Part shown: positions 19,326-28,906 of the stretch, piece by piece | How the letters are laid out: each line of letters begins with the position of its first letter | How positions within the stretch are numbered: position 1 is the first letter of the stretch | Source: Candidatus Latescibacterota bacterium | GTDB taxonomy: Bacteria; Latescibacterota; UBA2968; UBA8231 | NCBI GenBank assembly: GCA_965215195.1 | Contig: CBDCDC010000002.1 | Coordinates: 3,936,001 to 4,000,000, forward strand | DNA length: 64,000 bases | Direction: 5' to 3' | Made by a program: the position numbers and the translations under genes | The notes under the pieces: model-generated | What the model was told of the DNA's origin: nothing | Seen by the model: only the letters and a program-made list of their open reading frames with translations | Databases searched by the model: none

Positions 19326-21088
19326 AAGAGTGCTTGCTGCCGAGGGGTGGGCCGAGGAGAGCTGTCTCTCGGCCCTTTTACTTTGCCCTGTTCGCACTGT
19401 TAAGTGCTTGTGGGCAAATGGCCCCCAAGACGACGCCCGATGTGCCAACGGTCCAGATCATCCAAGAACAGGTACCCGTAGTAGGCGACAACCTGCTCGA
19501 CTTGCAGTTGTTCAGGCCGGGTACTGGTTCGCGCCTGCTGACAGCTCGGCTGGAGTGGGAAACCCCTTCGGGCGAGCAGCGCGAGGTCGAGCATCGGTTG
19601 CAGGTGCCCCAAGGGCGTCTCGTGCGCTATGCGCTGCCGTATCGGTTGGAAGAGGCCGGCATGCACCGCGCGGCCCTGCGGCTGTACGATCCCGAGCGCG
19701 ACGCGCCCATCCATGCGGTCGAAGCGTTGCGCCTCTTTGCCCGGCCCGCTTGGGAGCTTTTGGGCGATCGCTCGTACTATACCGTAGAAAATGAGATTCG
19801 CTTCCGGCTGCGGCGCAATCGCCGCAGTGATATGGCCATCCCCGCGATAGTTGAGCTGCGGCGCGGCGTCGAAGTCTTGGATCGCGTGGATGTAAACATG
19901 GTCGGGCAGGAGGTCTCAGGGGCCTTTGCTGCATACGCCTTGCCCGAGGGGCGTTATTGGCTGGCGGCGCGGTGGCTGGATCCGGTCGGCGGTGCGGATT
20001 CGCTGGCTGTGGCCTGCGAGAAGTTCGCGCCGGCCGCACGAGAGGTAAAAATCGACCTGTTCAGTCAGTCCTTGCTCGTCGATGGCGAGCCGTTCTTTCC
20101 CATTGGGCTGTACTGGCTGCGGGCCGAGGACCTCGGCCCGATGCGGCGCCTGCACTTCAACACCGGGGATTACTTCTACAAGCTGCGCGGGGAAGAGGTC
20201 GCCTCGCTCATGGACGCGGCAGCCGTAGAGGGGATGCAGATACTCCTCGAGCTGACCGAGTACGCCCGGCGGCAACCTGAGCCGGATTATCGGGCCATTG
20301 CCGCCCTCGTTAAACGCTATCGCCGGCATCCGGCGCTCTTGGCGTGGTATCTAGTTGACGAGCCGGACGAGACCAAAATGGCCCCTGCGTCTGCCTTGGC
20401 GATATACGAGCTGATCCGGGAACTCGACCCGTATCACCCGGTCTATTTAGTCAACAACCGGCCGCACACATACGCCGCCTACTCGGACGCCAGCGATATT
20501 CTGGCCATAGACGTGTATCCGATCCCGAATTACCCCATCACCCAAGTGGGCGACTACATGCAGCAGGCGCGCTGGACCTCGCTGGAGCGAAAGCCAGTCT
20601 GGTTGGTCGCCCAGGCCTTTGGCGGCGTGGAACACTGGCCGCGCTCGCCGACCGCGAACGAGTTGCGGAACATGATCTACCAAGGGCTAGTTGGGGGGGC
20701 CAAGGGCGTGTTGTTTTACCGCTATTGCGAGGAGAACGAACGCCACATCCAGCCCCTCGCCCTGTGGCGAGAAGTGCAGCACCTCGCGGCCGAACTCGCC
20801 GAGTTAGGGCCAGTGCTCTTGCAGGAGGCACACGGCTTGGAGGCACAACCGGCCGGTATCGGGGTCGAAGTGGCGGTCAAAGAGTACAAACGCAATTTTT
20901 ACGTATTTGCCGCCAATGTCGCCGAAGAGCCGCGGCGGCTCGATTTGCGCCTAGCAGGCTTGCCGCCTATGGGGCGGGCCGAAGTGCTCTACGGGCAGGC
21001 GGTCCCGACGCTGGCCAACGGGCGGCTCGCCGCGGAGTTAGGGCCGCTGGGCACGGCGGTTTTTCGCTTGCAGACGGCGGGCATTTGA
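19322..21088 (+). CDS. Putative lipoprotein with a glycoside-hydrolase-like TIM barrel
   Basis: Lipobox LSAC, LVDGEPFFPIGLY, HPALLAWYLVDEP, ELDPYHP, DILAIDVYP. Confidence 0.65.
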   Translation: MKECLLPRGGPRRAVSRPFYFALFALLSACGQMAPKTTPDVPTVQIIQEQVPVVGDNLLDLQLFRPGTGSRLLTARLEWETPSGEQREVEHRLQVPQGRLVRYALPYRLEEAGMHRAALRLYDPERDAPIHAVEALRLFARPAWELLGDRSYYTVENEIRFRLRRNRRSDMAIPAIVELRRGVEVLDRVDVNMVGQEVSGAFAAYALPEGRYWLAARWLDPVGGADSLAVACEKFAPAAREVKIDLFSQSLLVDGEPFFPIGLYWLRAEDLGPMRRLHFNTGDYFYKLRGEEVASLMDAAAVEGMQILLELTEYARRQPEPDYRAIAALVKRYRRHPALLAWYLVDEPDETKMAPASALAIYELIRELDPYHPVYLVNNRPHTYAAYSDASDILAIDVYPIPNYPITQVGDYMQQARWTSLERKPVWLVAQAFGGVEHWPRSPTANELRNMIYQGLVGGAKGVLFYRYCEENERHIQPLALWREVQHLAAELAELGPVLLQEAHGLEAQPAGIGVEVAVKEYKRNFYVFAANVAEEPRRLDLRLAGLPPMGRAEVLYGQAVPTLANGRLAAELGPLGTAVFRLQTAGI

Positions 21089-21134
21089 ACAGGTGATCTA
21101 CTAACTTTGGAGCCGGTTAAAGGAGAAGGGAACT

Positions 21135-21623
21135 ATGGGCAAAAAGGTGGCCCTCAACAAGCGAGATCGAGAGAGAATAAAGAAGAAGCTCTTGGTGCGT
21201 CGCGCTGAATTGCTCAGCGATCTAGACGGCACCGAGCACGAGATCGACGAACTGCAAGATCCCAAGGCCGACGACCTCGACCGAGCGGTCGAGGCCGGGG
21301 CCATGGAGCTTTTGGTGGCTTTGGGGGATACCGAGCGCCGCGAGCTGGAGGAGGTCGTGCTGGCACTCGAGAAGCTGGACACTACGACGTATGGCAAGTG
21401 CGAAGCCTGCCTCGAAAAGCCCTTAAACATGTGTCCTACCTGCCCGTTTATTCCCAAGCCGCGCTTGGAGGCCCTGCCCACGGCGCGGCTGTGCGTGTCC
21501 TGTCAGGAGGCCGAGGAGCAAAACCAGATTCCGTCCTATACCCGGCTGCGCCCGCGGCGGATGTTTGGCGAGGACATAGAAGAATTCTCGCATCCGCTGA
21601 TGAATTCAGAAGACGACAAATAG
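21135..21623 (+). CDS. TraR/DksA C4 zinc-finger protein
   Basis: Coiled coil with a DxxDxA tip (DDLDRA), TYGKCEAC, RLEALPTARLCVSC. Confidence 0.85.
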   Translation: MGKKVALNKRDRERIKKKLLVRRAELLSDLDGTEHEIDELQDPKADDLDRAVEAGAMELLVALGDTERRELEEVVLALEKLDTTTYGKCEACLEKPLNMCPTCPFIPKPRLEALPTARLCVSCQEAEEQNQIPSYTRLRPRRMFGEDIEEFSHPLMNSEDDK

Positions 21624-21652
21624 GCCCTTCGCGTATTCGAGCCGAGCAAGCT

Positions 21653-21695
21653 AAAGGGCGGCCTAAGGTTGTGTTGAGCAACTTGGGCCGCCCTT
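21653..21695. terminator. Hairpin between convergent genes, probable bidirectional terminator
   Basis: AAGGGCGGCC...GGCCGCCCTT inverted repeat. Confidence 0.6.
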
Positions 21696-21701
21696 GTGTG
21701 T

Positions 21702-23177
21702 CTAAGGCGCTAGGTCTTCGAGTTTGGCCATGGTGGCGAGCCGTGCGTTTTTGAGCTGGCGCTGGTAGCCTATGACCGCGCCTAGGGCGTTGATCTGGGC
21801 CTGCGTCAAATTGCCTTGGGCTTGGAGCAATTGCTGGCTGTCGGCCAAGCCGAGTTCAAAGCGGCTCTGCTCGACGTCATAGGTGCGCTGAGCAAACTGG
21901 AGGGCGGCTTGGCGCAGGTCGATCTGGCGCTCGGCCTCGTGGACGCGGCGCGTGGCGTCGCGGATCTGCTGGATGATTTGGCGGCGCTGCTGCTCGCGGG
22001 TGAGGCGGCTTTGCTCCAAGGCAATGCGCGCTTGGCTGACGCTGGCGCGTCGCTGGCCGCTGTCGATCAGCGGCAGGGTTATCTGCAGGTCAACTCCCCA
22101 CCGATTGCGCTCGAAATTGTCGCTGACCTCGCCGAGTTCGCTGCCGCGCCCCTGCATGCTGACATTGGCACTGAAGGTCGCGTTAATGCCGTTGCGGCGG
22201 CGGGTATCTTCTAATTCCAACGCGCGGATTTCCTCGAAAATTTCGGCTCGTTTCATGTCGGTGCGGCGGGCCAAGCCGATTTCAAGGGCGCGTTGGGCAT
22301 CGATGGGGTGAATCTCGTACTGGACCTCGGTGTCGATTTCGAGCGGGGCCCACACATCGAGCCCGAGGGTTTCGCGGAGCAGGTCGCGGCGCGATTCGAT
22401 ATTGGTTTGGGCTTGGTCATACGTGGCCTCGGCCTGTAGCATTTCTACCTGTAGGCGCAGGGCTTCCACTTCGGCGATGAGGCCGACTTCAAACTTTCGT
22501 TGGGCCAACTCCAAGTTGGCGCGCGACTGGGTCAGGCGCTGTTCCTCTATTTCGAGCTCGCGGACGCTCTGCACCAAATTGTAGTAATCGTCGATGACTT
22601 GGCCTTCTAGCTGGAGCCGCTGGCGGTCGAAGTTGAGGCGTGCGCTTTGCAGGCCGTGCTCGGCGCGCTTGAGCGCGATTTCCTCGCTGGGCTGGCCGAG
22701 TAGATCGCGCTCGTAAGCAAGGCGCGTCGAACCCAAGTATTCGAGGAAGCTGATTGAGTTGGGGGTGTATCCGGCGTCCTGCAGCACGGCGCGGCGATCG
22801 GACGAGAAGTCTTTCCGCAGAGCCGTAGAGGTCAGGGTGAACTGGCCGAGGTAGCGCAGGCGCTGGGCCATGAACAGGTTGCCCGAGTAGGAGACATCGG
22901 TATTCTCGGTGCGGATTCGAGTATCGAGGGCGATGTTTTCTTGGGTATCGCGCAGCCCGGTGAAGTTGGGGGTGGTGAGGTTGGCGTTCACGTTGAAGCC
23001 AAAGGGTGCGCGCGCCATCGTCAGTTGAGCTTGGCTGCTGGCTAGGGTTTGTTGGTTTATTTGGTGTTGCAAGTTGTTTTGCATGGCCAAGTCGATGCAC
23101 TCTTGTAGCGAGAGGACATCGGCTGTGGAGCCGATGGAGGCGATTAGCAAACCGACTAGTGCCCATTGGTATTTCAT
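21702..23177 (-). CDS. TolC-family outer membrane protein
   Basis: LSLQECIDLAMQNN, YYNL, RKFEVGL, LPLIDSG, RFELG; two OEP repeats. Confidence 0.88.
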   Translation of the reverse strand: MKYQWALVGLLIASIGSTADVLSLQECIDLAMQNNLQHQINQQTLASSQAQLTMARAPFGFNVNANLTTPNFTGLRDTQENIALDTRIRTENTDVSYSGNLFMAQRLRYLGQFTLTSTALRKDFSSDRRAVLQDAGYTPNSISFLEYLGSTRLAYERDLLGQPSEEIALKRAEHGLQSARLNFDRQRLQLEGQVIDDYYNLVQSVRELEIEEQRLTQSRANLELAQRKFEVGLIAEVEALRLQVEMLQAEATYDQAQTNIESRRDLLRETLGLDVWAPLEIDTEVQYEIHPIDAQRALEIGLARRTDMKRAEIFEEIRALELEDTRRRNGINATFSANVSMQGRGSELGEVSDNFERNRWGVDLQITLPLIDSGQRRASVSQARIALEQSRLTREQQRRQIIQQIRDATRRVHEAERQIDLRQAALQFAQRTYDVEQSRFELGLADSQQLLQAQGNLTQAQINALGAVIGYQRQLKNARLATMAKLEDLAP

Positions 23178-23327
23178 CGCAGAGTCCCTTCTCATTGGAT
23201 GGCGAGTGAGATGCAACGGTTTCCTGTGATTATACAGTACGCGTTTTACAACCGCCAACCTTTCGGCGGCGAGTTTTATATTTAATATTCATAGATTTAA
23301 GCCTATCACAAATAAGGGAGCGATACC

Positions 23328-24077
23328 ATGACCACCCTCACCGCGCAAGTGCTCGCATACGAAAAGTCCGCCGCCGACCTCGCGGTCAAAATTTTTGCCG
23401 ACGGGGCCGACCGCGAGAGCATGCTGGCGAGCTATGCCAACCCGCTAGTCTCCGGGTTTACGACCAATCCCACCTTGATGCGCCAAGCCGGCGTCACCGA
23501 CTACCGAACCTTTGCCCGCGACATCGTCGCAGCCATTCCCGATCGCCACATTTCTTTTGAGGTCTTTTCAGACGAGTTCGGCGACATGGAGTGCCAAGCC
23601 CGCGAGATCGCAACGTGGGGCGAAAACGTGTACGCCAAAATTCCCGTCAGCAACACCAAGGGCGAGGTCAGCTACGACTTGGTCCATCGGCTGTCGCAAG
23701 ACGGGGTCAAGGTAAATGTCACGGCGATCTTTCTGCTCGACCAAGTGCGAGAGGTGGCGGCCGCAGTTGAGGGCGGGGCACCGTGCTGCGCGTCGGTCTT
23801 TGCCGGCCGCATCGCCGACGCCGGACTAGACTACATGCCGGTCATGGCCGAGTCGGTTGAGCTGCTCGCATCCAACCCCCAAGCCGAACTCATCTGGGCC
23901 AGTCCCCGCGAAGTGTACAACGTCGTCCAAGCCGACAGCATTGGCTGCCACATCATCACCTGTACCAGCGACATCATCAAAAAGCTGCCGACCTTGGGCA
24001 AGGAGCTGGGGCAGTTCTCGCTAGAGACCGTACAGATCTTTTACGCAGACGCCACAGCGGCCGGCTACAGCCTGTAA
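23328..24077 (+). CDS. Transaldolase-family protein (short type)
   Basis: KIFADGAD, GFTTNPT, VYAKIP (Schiff-base Lys), VNVT, SVFAGRIAD, WASPRE. Confidence 0.88.
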   Translation: MTTLTAQVLAYEKSAADLAVKIFADGADRESMLASYANPLVSGFTTNPTLMRQAGVTDYRTFARDIVAAIPDRHISFEVFSDEFGDMECQAREIATWGENVYAKIPVSNTKGEVSYDLVHRLSQDGVKVNVTAIFLLDQVREVAAAVEGGAPCCASVFAGRIADAGLDYMPVMAESVELLASNPQAELIWASPREVYNVVQADSIGCHIITCTSDIIKKLPTLGKELGQFSLETVQIFYADATAAGYSL

Positions 24078-24086
24078 GCGCGGCCG

Positions 24087-24671
24087 ATGAGTTACACCCA
24101 CCAGTACTTGGCGACAGCGGCTCAGATCATTGAGCAGCTAGATCGCAATGCTATTGATGCGATGGTGCGGCTCGTCGTCGAGACTCGCGAGCGCGGGGGG
24201 CGGCTCTTTGTCCTCGGCGTGGGGGGCAGCGCGGGCAATGCGAGCCACGCGGTCAACGACTTTCGCAAGATCGCTGGCATTGAGTCGTACGCACCTACAG
24301 ACAATGTCTCGGAGCTGACGGCACGCATCAACGACGAGGGCTGGGACACAGCCTTTGCCAACTGGCTGGAGGGCAGCCGCTTAAACGAAAGGGATCTGAT
24401 CTTGATCTTGTCCGTCGGCGGCGGCAATCGCCCGCTGAACACTAGCGTCAACTTGGTTGCAGCACTGGAGTACGCCAAAGAGATCGGAGCCAAAATCTGC
24501 GGCATCGTGGGGCGGGATGGCGGCTTTACAGCCCAAGTCGCCGATGCCTGCGCGATTGTGCCGACGGTCGCCCCGGATGCGGTCACGCCGCTGACGGAAT
24601 CCTTCCAAGCCGTTATCTGGCATTTAATTGTCTCGCACCCCGAGGTACAAGTGGGGCGCACCAAGTGGTAG
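24087..24671 (+). CDS. SIS-domain sugar-phosphate isomerase (GmhA-like)
   Basis: GVGGSAGNASHAVNDFRK, TARIND, SVGGG, TESFQAVIWH. Confidence 0.85.
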   Translation: MSYTHQYLATAAQIIEQLDRNAIDAMVRLVVETRERGGRLFVLGVGGSAGNASHAVNDFRKIAGIESYAPTDNVSELTARINDEGWDTAFANWLEGSRLNERDLILILSVGGGNRPLNTSVNLVAALEYAKEIGAKICGIVGRDGGFTAQVADACAIVPTVAPDAVTPLTESFQAVIWHLIVSHPEVQVGRTKW

Positions 24672-24705
24672 GTGCGCTTGCGCCATTCCCAACGAAAGGT
24701 TGAAC

Positions 24706-25758
24706 ATGTCTGCGGTCCCCCGAGACTTGCGCCAGTTTTTGCACCGCTGCATTCCAGAAGTGGAAGAGGAGATGTTCTCGTTCCTCGCAGTGCGCGAACC
24801 CGAGGCGTTTCTATATCGGCTGATGCGCGACTACCCGCAGCGCGGCGGCAAGCGATTCCGCCCGGCGCTGGTGCTCTTGGCTTGCCAAGCCTGCGGCGGC
24901 GACGCGAAGAAAGCCATGCGGACGGCGGTGGCCTTTGAGATGTTCCAGTCGTTTGCCGTGGTCCACGACGATATTGAAGACAATTCTGAGATGCGGCGCG
25001 GCAAGCCCTGTTTGCACAAGCTGCACGGGATCCCATTGAGTATCAACGTCGGCGATGCCCTGTACGCCAAGGTCTTTGAAATTCTCAGCGCGAATCGCGA
25101 GGTGTTGGGAGCGGACATCGCGCTCGATTTGATAGACGAGATGATCCGCGGTTCGTGCGAGACATTTGAGGGGCAAGCATACGACGTGGGCTGGATTCGC
25201 CAGCACTATATTCCCAGCGAGGACGAGTTTATGACCATGTTGCGCCAAAAGACTGGGTGGTACACGGGCCGGGGGCCGTGTACGGCTGGGGCGATTATCG
25301 CGGGGGCTGAGATGGAGTTGCGCACCCGTATCGGCGACTTCGGCGAGTCCATGGCCATTGCGTTCCAGCTCCGCGACGACCTGTTGAACTTGAGCTCTTC
25401 CGAACAAGACGCTGGTTCTGCGCCTAGGGTTACTTCCGGGGCCTACGGCAAGGAGCGGGGTGGGGATATTGCGGAAGGGAAGCGGACCTTAATCATCATT
25501 GACCTGCTGGACAAATGCACGGCGGCGGAGCGCGAGGAAGTGCTGGCGATTTTGCACCAAGAGCGGCAGCGCAATACGGCCGCCGAGATCGAGCGGGTCA
25601 TCGCCTTGGTTGAACACTACGAATGCGACCGCTACGTCGAGAGCGTGTGCCAACAGAAGGTCGCAGAGAGCTTGGCACACCTAGAGAAACTCCCGGCCAA
25701 CCCGGCTCGCGATATGCTGGGCGAAATGCTGGACTTTCTCGTCCGGCGCGCCTTTTAG
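24706..25758 (+). CDS. Polyprenyl diphosphate synthase
   Basis: GGKRFRP, HDDIED...RRG, KT, FQLRDD, DIAEGKRT. Confidence 0.9.
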   Translation: MSAVPRDLRQFLHRCIPEVEEEMFSFLAVREPEAFLYRLMRDYPQRGGKRFRPALVLLACQACGGDAKKAMRTAVAFEMFQSFAVVHDDIEDNSEMRRGKPCLHKLHGIPLSINVGDALYAKVFEILSANREVLGADIALDLIDEMIRGSCETFEGQAYDVGWIRQHYIPSEDEFMTMLRQKTGWYTGRGPCTAGAIIAGAEMELRTRIGDFGESMAIAFQLRDDLLNLSSSEQDAGSAPRVTSGAYGKERGGDIAEGKRTLIIIDLLDKCTAAEREEVLAILHQERQRNTAAEIERVIALVEHYECDRYVESVCQQKVAESLAHLEKLPANPARDMLGEMLDFLVRRAF

Positions 25759-26810
25759 TCCACCGCTGGATTTTCCAAATAAGCCAAAAGCAACCGCGCT
25801 GCGTTGACAATGCCGTCCCACGCGCAGATTTCGTACCCGTGCGTGTTGTCGCCCGGGTAGCCAATCAACGCAGCGCGCGCAATAGCACCGGACGTTTTGG
25901 CAATCGACGAGTCGCTGGCGTACGAAGTGAGGACGGCCGTTTGGATGCCGAACCCGCCGGCAGCGGCTAAGGCGTCAAAGCGGTCGATAATGCGCGTGTC
26001 GTACAGACCGCGACTGTCGCGGACGCCGATGATGGGATCGCCGCTGTTGGCCGTGCCGTATTCGGCGGCCACAGGCGCGATGTCAACGGCCACGGCCGCG
26101 TCAACCGGCAGCCGTCCGAGCGCGTAGATCGCGCCGTGACCGCCGATTTCCTCGCTGGAGCTGGCCACTAAGTATACGTCTTGGGCCGGCCGGTTTTCCC
26201 GCAAGTGCAGGCCCACTTCGAGCATAGCTGCCAAGCCGGCGCGGCAATCGAGGTTGTAGCCGCAGACGCAATCGCCCAGCCGCCAGAGCGTTTTGTGTTT
26301 GCCGGCGATGACGACCCGAGTGCCGGCGCGGATCCCGCGCTGGACCAGTTCTTCGGTCGCGAGCCTCGTTTCAATCCACATCTGTTCCCACTTGAGGGGT
26401 TGGCCGTTTTTGAGCCGCCCGGCCGGGCTCTCTGCGGAGACGTGCTTGGCGCCGGTGGAGAGCACACCCGGGCAGAGGCCGTCCCGCGCCATGATCTCCA
26501 CCGGGCTTTCGCCCAGTGCCCAAGGGTGCAAGCCGCCCAAGGGCTGCACCCGGATTTTGCCGTCGGCTTCGACGCGCTTGACGATGAGGGCGATCTCGTC
26601 CTTGTGAGCGAGGGCTGCCACGGGCTGGTCGTGGCTTTGGCCCTTGATGTGGATGATGATGTTGTCGGCCGCATCCTGCCAGACCGCGTCGCCGATGGGG
26701 GCGGCGAGTTCGGCGACGAGGGCGTCCATAGCGGATTCTGCGCCCGAGGGCGCGTGGGTGGCAATTAGTTGTTCGACAAAGCCGTAGAGGCGTTGGGCAT
26801 CAATGGTCAT
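25755..26810 (-). CDS. M42-family metallopeptidase
   Basis: PSGAE, AHKDEI, LDCR, EEIG, AVDI, HGYE. Confidence 0.85.
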   Translation of the reverse strand: MTIDAQRLYGFVEQLIATHAPSGAESAMDALVAELAAPIGDAVWQDAADNIIIHIKGQSHDQPVAALAHKDEIALIVKRVEADGKIRVQPLGGLHPWALGESPVEIMARDGLCPGVLSTGAKHVSAESPAGRLKNGQPLKWEQMWIETRLATEELVQRGIRAGTRVVIAGKHKTLWRLGDCVCGYNLDCRAGLAAMLEVGLHLRENRPAQDVYLVASSSEEIGGHGAIYALGRLPVDAAVAVDIAPVAAEYGTANSGDPIIGVRDSRGLYDTRIIDRFDALAAAGGFGIQTAVLTSYASDSSIAKTSGAIARAALIGYPGDNTHGYEICAWDGIVNAARLLLAYLENPAVD

Positions 26811-26814
26811 CTGG

Positions 26815-27624
26815 TTATTCTGCTTCCAGAACGTCCGGGTCTAGTTGATACCAAAACACCGTGCCGGATTCGATAAGGTCCTGTATCCGATCATCTCGGC
26901 GCAGACCAGCGACTGCGGGATATGAACGCCGACCGGTGAACTGGTTCAGGAACTTGGCATTGCGGATGGCTCGATGAGTGTCCCGTCCGTTGGCAGTAAA
27001 GGAGATTTCCACGGCAATGTAACAAAGGTCGCCCTCCGAGTCCGTGGCCTCCATGATCAGGTCGGCCCGGTGGTAGCTTTTCAACTCGTTTTTGGGAATG
27101 CCCGACGTGTCGGCGCGGTCGGTCAGCATCCACATATCATCTTGAGTGAGGGTTTTTGTCCGCCGCAGGCCCATTTCCCGGGCGATGGTAGCGGCTTCGC
27201 CGAGAGCGGCGGTGCGGGCATGGCCGCCTTTGAGTATGCCGATATCAGTTTGGATAGACTTCACTTGGGTTTTGAGCGTGTTGACGTCTTCTTGGATCGC
27301 CTCTACTCTGGTTTCAAGGGCCTCAAAACGCCGGTTCGTGGCCTCGACGAACTGATGCATTTCGGCAACGAACTGATGCATTTCGGCGACGAATCGGTCC
27401 GTTTTAGCGACGAACTGGTGCATTTCGGCGACGAATCGGTCCGTTTTAGCGACGAACTGGTGCATTTCGGCGATGAACTGGTGCATTTCGGCGACAAACT
27501 GAGTGAATTTTTCGGGCAGTTCGATCAATTCGCGCGACAGCAGTCGAGTGCGCAGGGCCTCAACCCAATCGGGATTTTCATCCAGTACATGGAGTAGGTC
27601 TTCTATGGTATGGATCGTGGTCAT
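26815..27624 (-). CDS. Hypothetical protein: heptad-repeat coiled coil plus PD-(D/E)XK-like C-terminus
   Basis: FVAEMHQ/FVAKTDR repeats followed by RADLIMEA...IAVEIS...DTHRA. Confidence 0.7.
   Translation of the reverse strand: MTTIHTIEDLLHVLDENPDWVEALRTRLLSRELIELPEKFTQFVAEMHQFIAEMHQFVAKTDRFVAEMHQFVAKTDRFVAEMHQFVAEMHQFVEATNRRFEALETRVEAIQEDVNTLKTQVKSIQTDIGILKGGHARTAALGEAATIAREMGLRRTKTLTQDDMWMLTDRADTSGIPKNELKSYHRADLIMEATDSEGDLCYIAVEISFTANGRDTHRAIRNAKFLNQFTGRRSYPAVAGLRRDDRIQDLIESGTVFWYQLDPDVLEAE
27346..27501. repeat. Seven tandem 21-bp units of two types with a perfect 42-bp higher-order duplication
   Basis: Units GACGAACTGGTGCATTTCGGC and GACGAATCGGTCCGTTTTAGC; 27388-27429 is identical to 27430-27471. 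Confidence 0.95.
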
Positions 27625-27663
27625 AGCTTTTTTTGTTTGTCGTCCGAGCAGAAATTCGCTGAC

Positions 27664-28287
27664 CTATAAACGCTTTCTTCTCTTTCTCGCTTCTAATCTG
27701 TTAAACCAGTCCCGACCTTTGCTTCCACACTCGTCTCGTATCAACTCTTTCAATTTTCTTGTTCTATTGTTCAGTACCCGAACTTCATTTAAGAATGACT
27801 CCTTTTGCGCCTTCACCTTGTCTCTATCGTCAAAAAGATTTTTCCTCATTTCGCGAATGCCTTTTAGCTGCAATTCAATATCGCGTATTGACGCTTTGTT
27901 CTTCTTTTCCCTCATCTTTTTAAAAAGTATAAACTTCTTGGCCTTGCTTTTTTTTAGTCTTTCCCGCAGAATGGTTCTCTGGTTGGTTTCTTCTTTTAGC
28001 ATTTTGTTTATTCCCTTCTCGCTACTACGGGCGTCATCGAGAAGTTTATATGCAGTATCCGCTGCTTTCATAGAGGAATAATGTGCATCCACTAAAACTT
28101 GAAAATTATAGCTATGTCGCGCCTGAGCAAGATGTGATTCGACACTTCTTTGATGTTCCCAGACGCTTCGTTCAACACGACCTCTCGTTTCCTCCCAACG
28201 TTGACGCGCTTCTCGTTCTTCCTCAGAGACCGCATCATAAATAGCTTTTAGTGCTACACCTACTCCAACAGGAATTAACCACCACAT
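27664..28287 (-). CDS. Hypothetical low-GC basic coiled-coil protein with an N-terminal hydrophobic anchor
   Basis: MWWLIPVGVGVALKAIY start with a GGAG RBS inside the upstream gene end; AT-rich codons. Confidence 0.7.
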   Translation of the reverse strand: MWWLIPVGVGVALKAIYDAVSEEEREARQRWEETRGRVERSVWEHQRSVESHLAQARHSYNFQVLVDAHYSSMKAADTAYKLLDDARSSEKGINKMLKEETNQRTILRERLKKSKAKKFILFKKMREKKNKASIRDIELQLKGIREMRKNLFDDRDKVKAQKESFLNEVRVLNNRTRKLKELIRDECGSKGRDWFNRLEARKRRKRL

Positions 28288-28288
28288 A

Positions 28289-28855
28289 TCAATCTCCCAA
28301 TAGTTTTGGAGAAATTTCAACAGGAGGCAAAGCTTGAACAAGTTTTTGGAGATTTTCGTTGGCTCGAGCTCCAAAATTAGGTAACACTTTTGTCATCTCA
28401 ATTGCCATTTCTTTATACATTTGACGTTCTTCAATAGACAGGCCATTTTCAAAAGATTTTCGTTGGGCTTCTTGTGCCATCTCCAAGACTTTTACTCTTT
28501 GTATATGAAGCCTTTGTAATTCTGCATTTACTGTTTCGTAGAAACCAACGAGAGCGATTCTTCTATGTATAAGTTCCTCCATTTTAAGTTTAAACGATTT
28601 GTCGATTACGTCGTGTGCAATGTCAGCTTGTTTCTCTATTCTGGTCAGTTCTACCTCGAGACGCTTTGTCTCGATTTTATACGCCAGAGTTTGGGCATAT
28701 GCCTCAGCTATCGCCCCGAAAGGATTAAACGCTTTCAGAATAGAGACCCACTTGCCTCCTGTTGAGTTGTGAAATTCCCGCGCTGGTTCGACCTTATCGA
28801 TGTTTCCAACAGAAACACTACTGGTCTGTTTCCTGCCCTTTTGAGAGATCGCCAT
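28289..28855 (-). CDS. Hypothetical low-GC helical protein
   Basis: Open frame from MAISQK; amphipathic WVSILKAFNPFGAIAEAY followed by coiled coil. Confidence 0.7.
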   Translation of the reverse strand: MAISQKGRKQTSSVSVGNIDKVEPAREFHNSTGGKWVSILKAFNPFGAIAEAYAQTLAYKIETKRLEVELTRIEKQADIAHDVIDKSFKLKMEELIHRRIALVGFYETVNAELQRLHIQRVKVLEMAQEAQRKSFENGLSIEERQMYKEMAIEMTKVLPNFGARANENLQKLVQALPPVEISPKLLGD

Positions 28856-28906
28856 TTTAATCTTCCGCCCATTTTTTACGACGTTTTCGGAGCCAACGAA
28901 ACATTC

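Noticed and set aside
27346-27501. CRISPR-like array
   Set aside because: The units are contiguous with no unique spacers, lie in frame within a CDS, and no cas genes are present.
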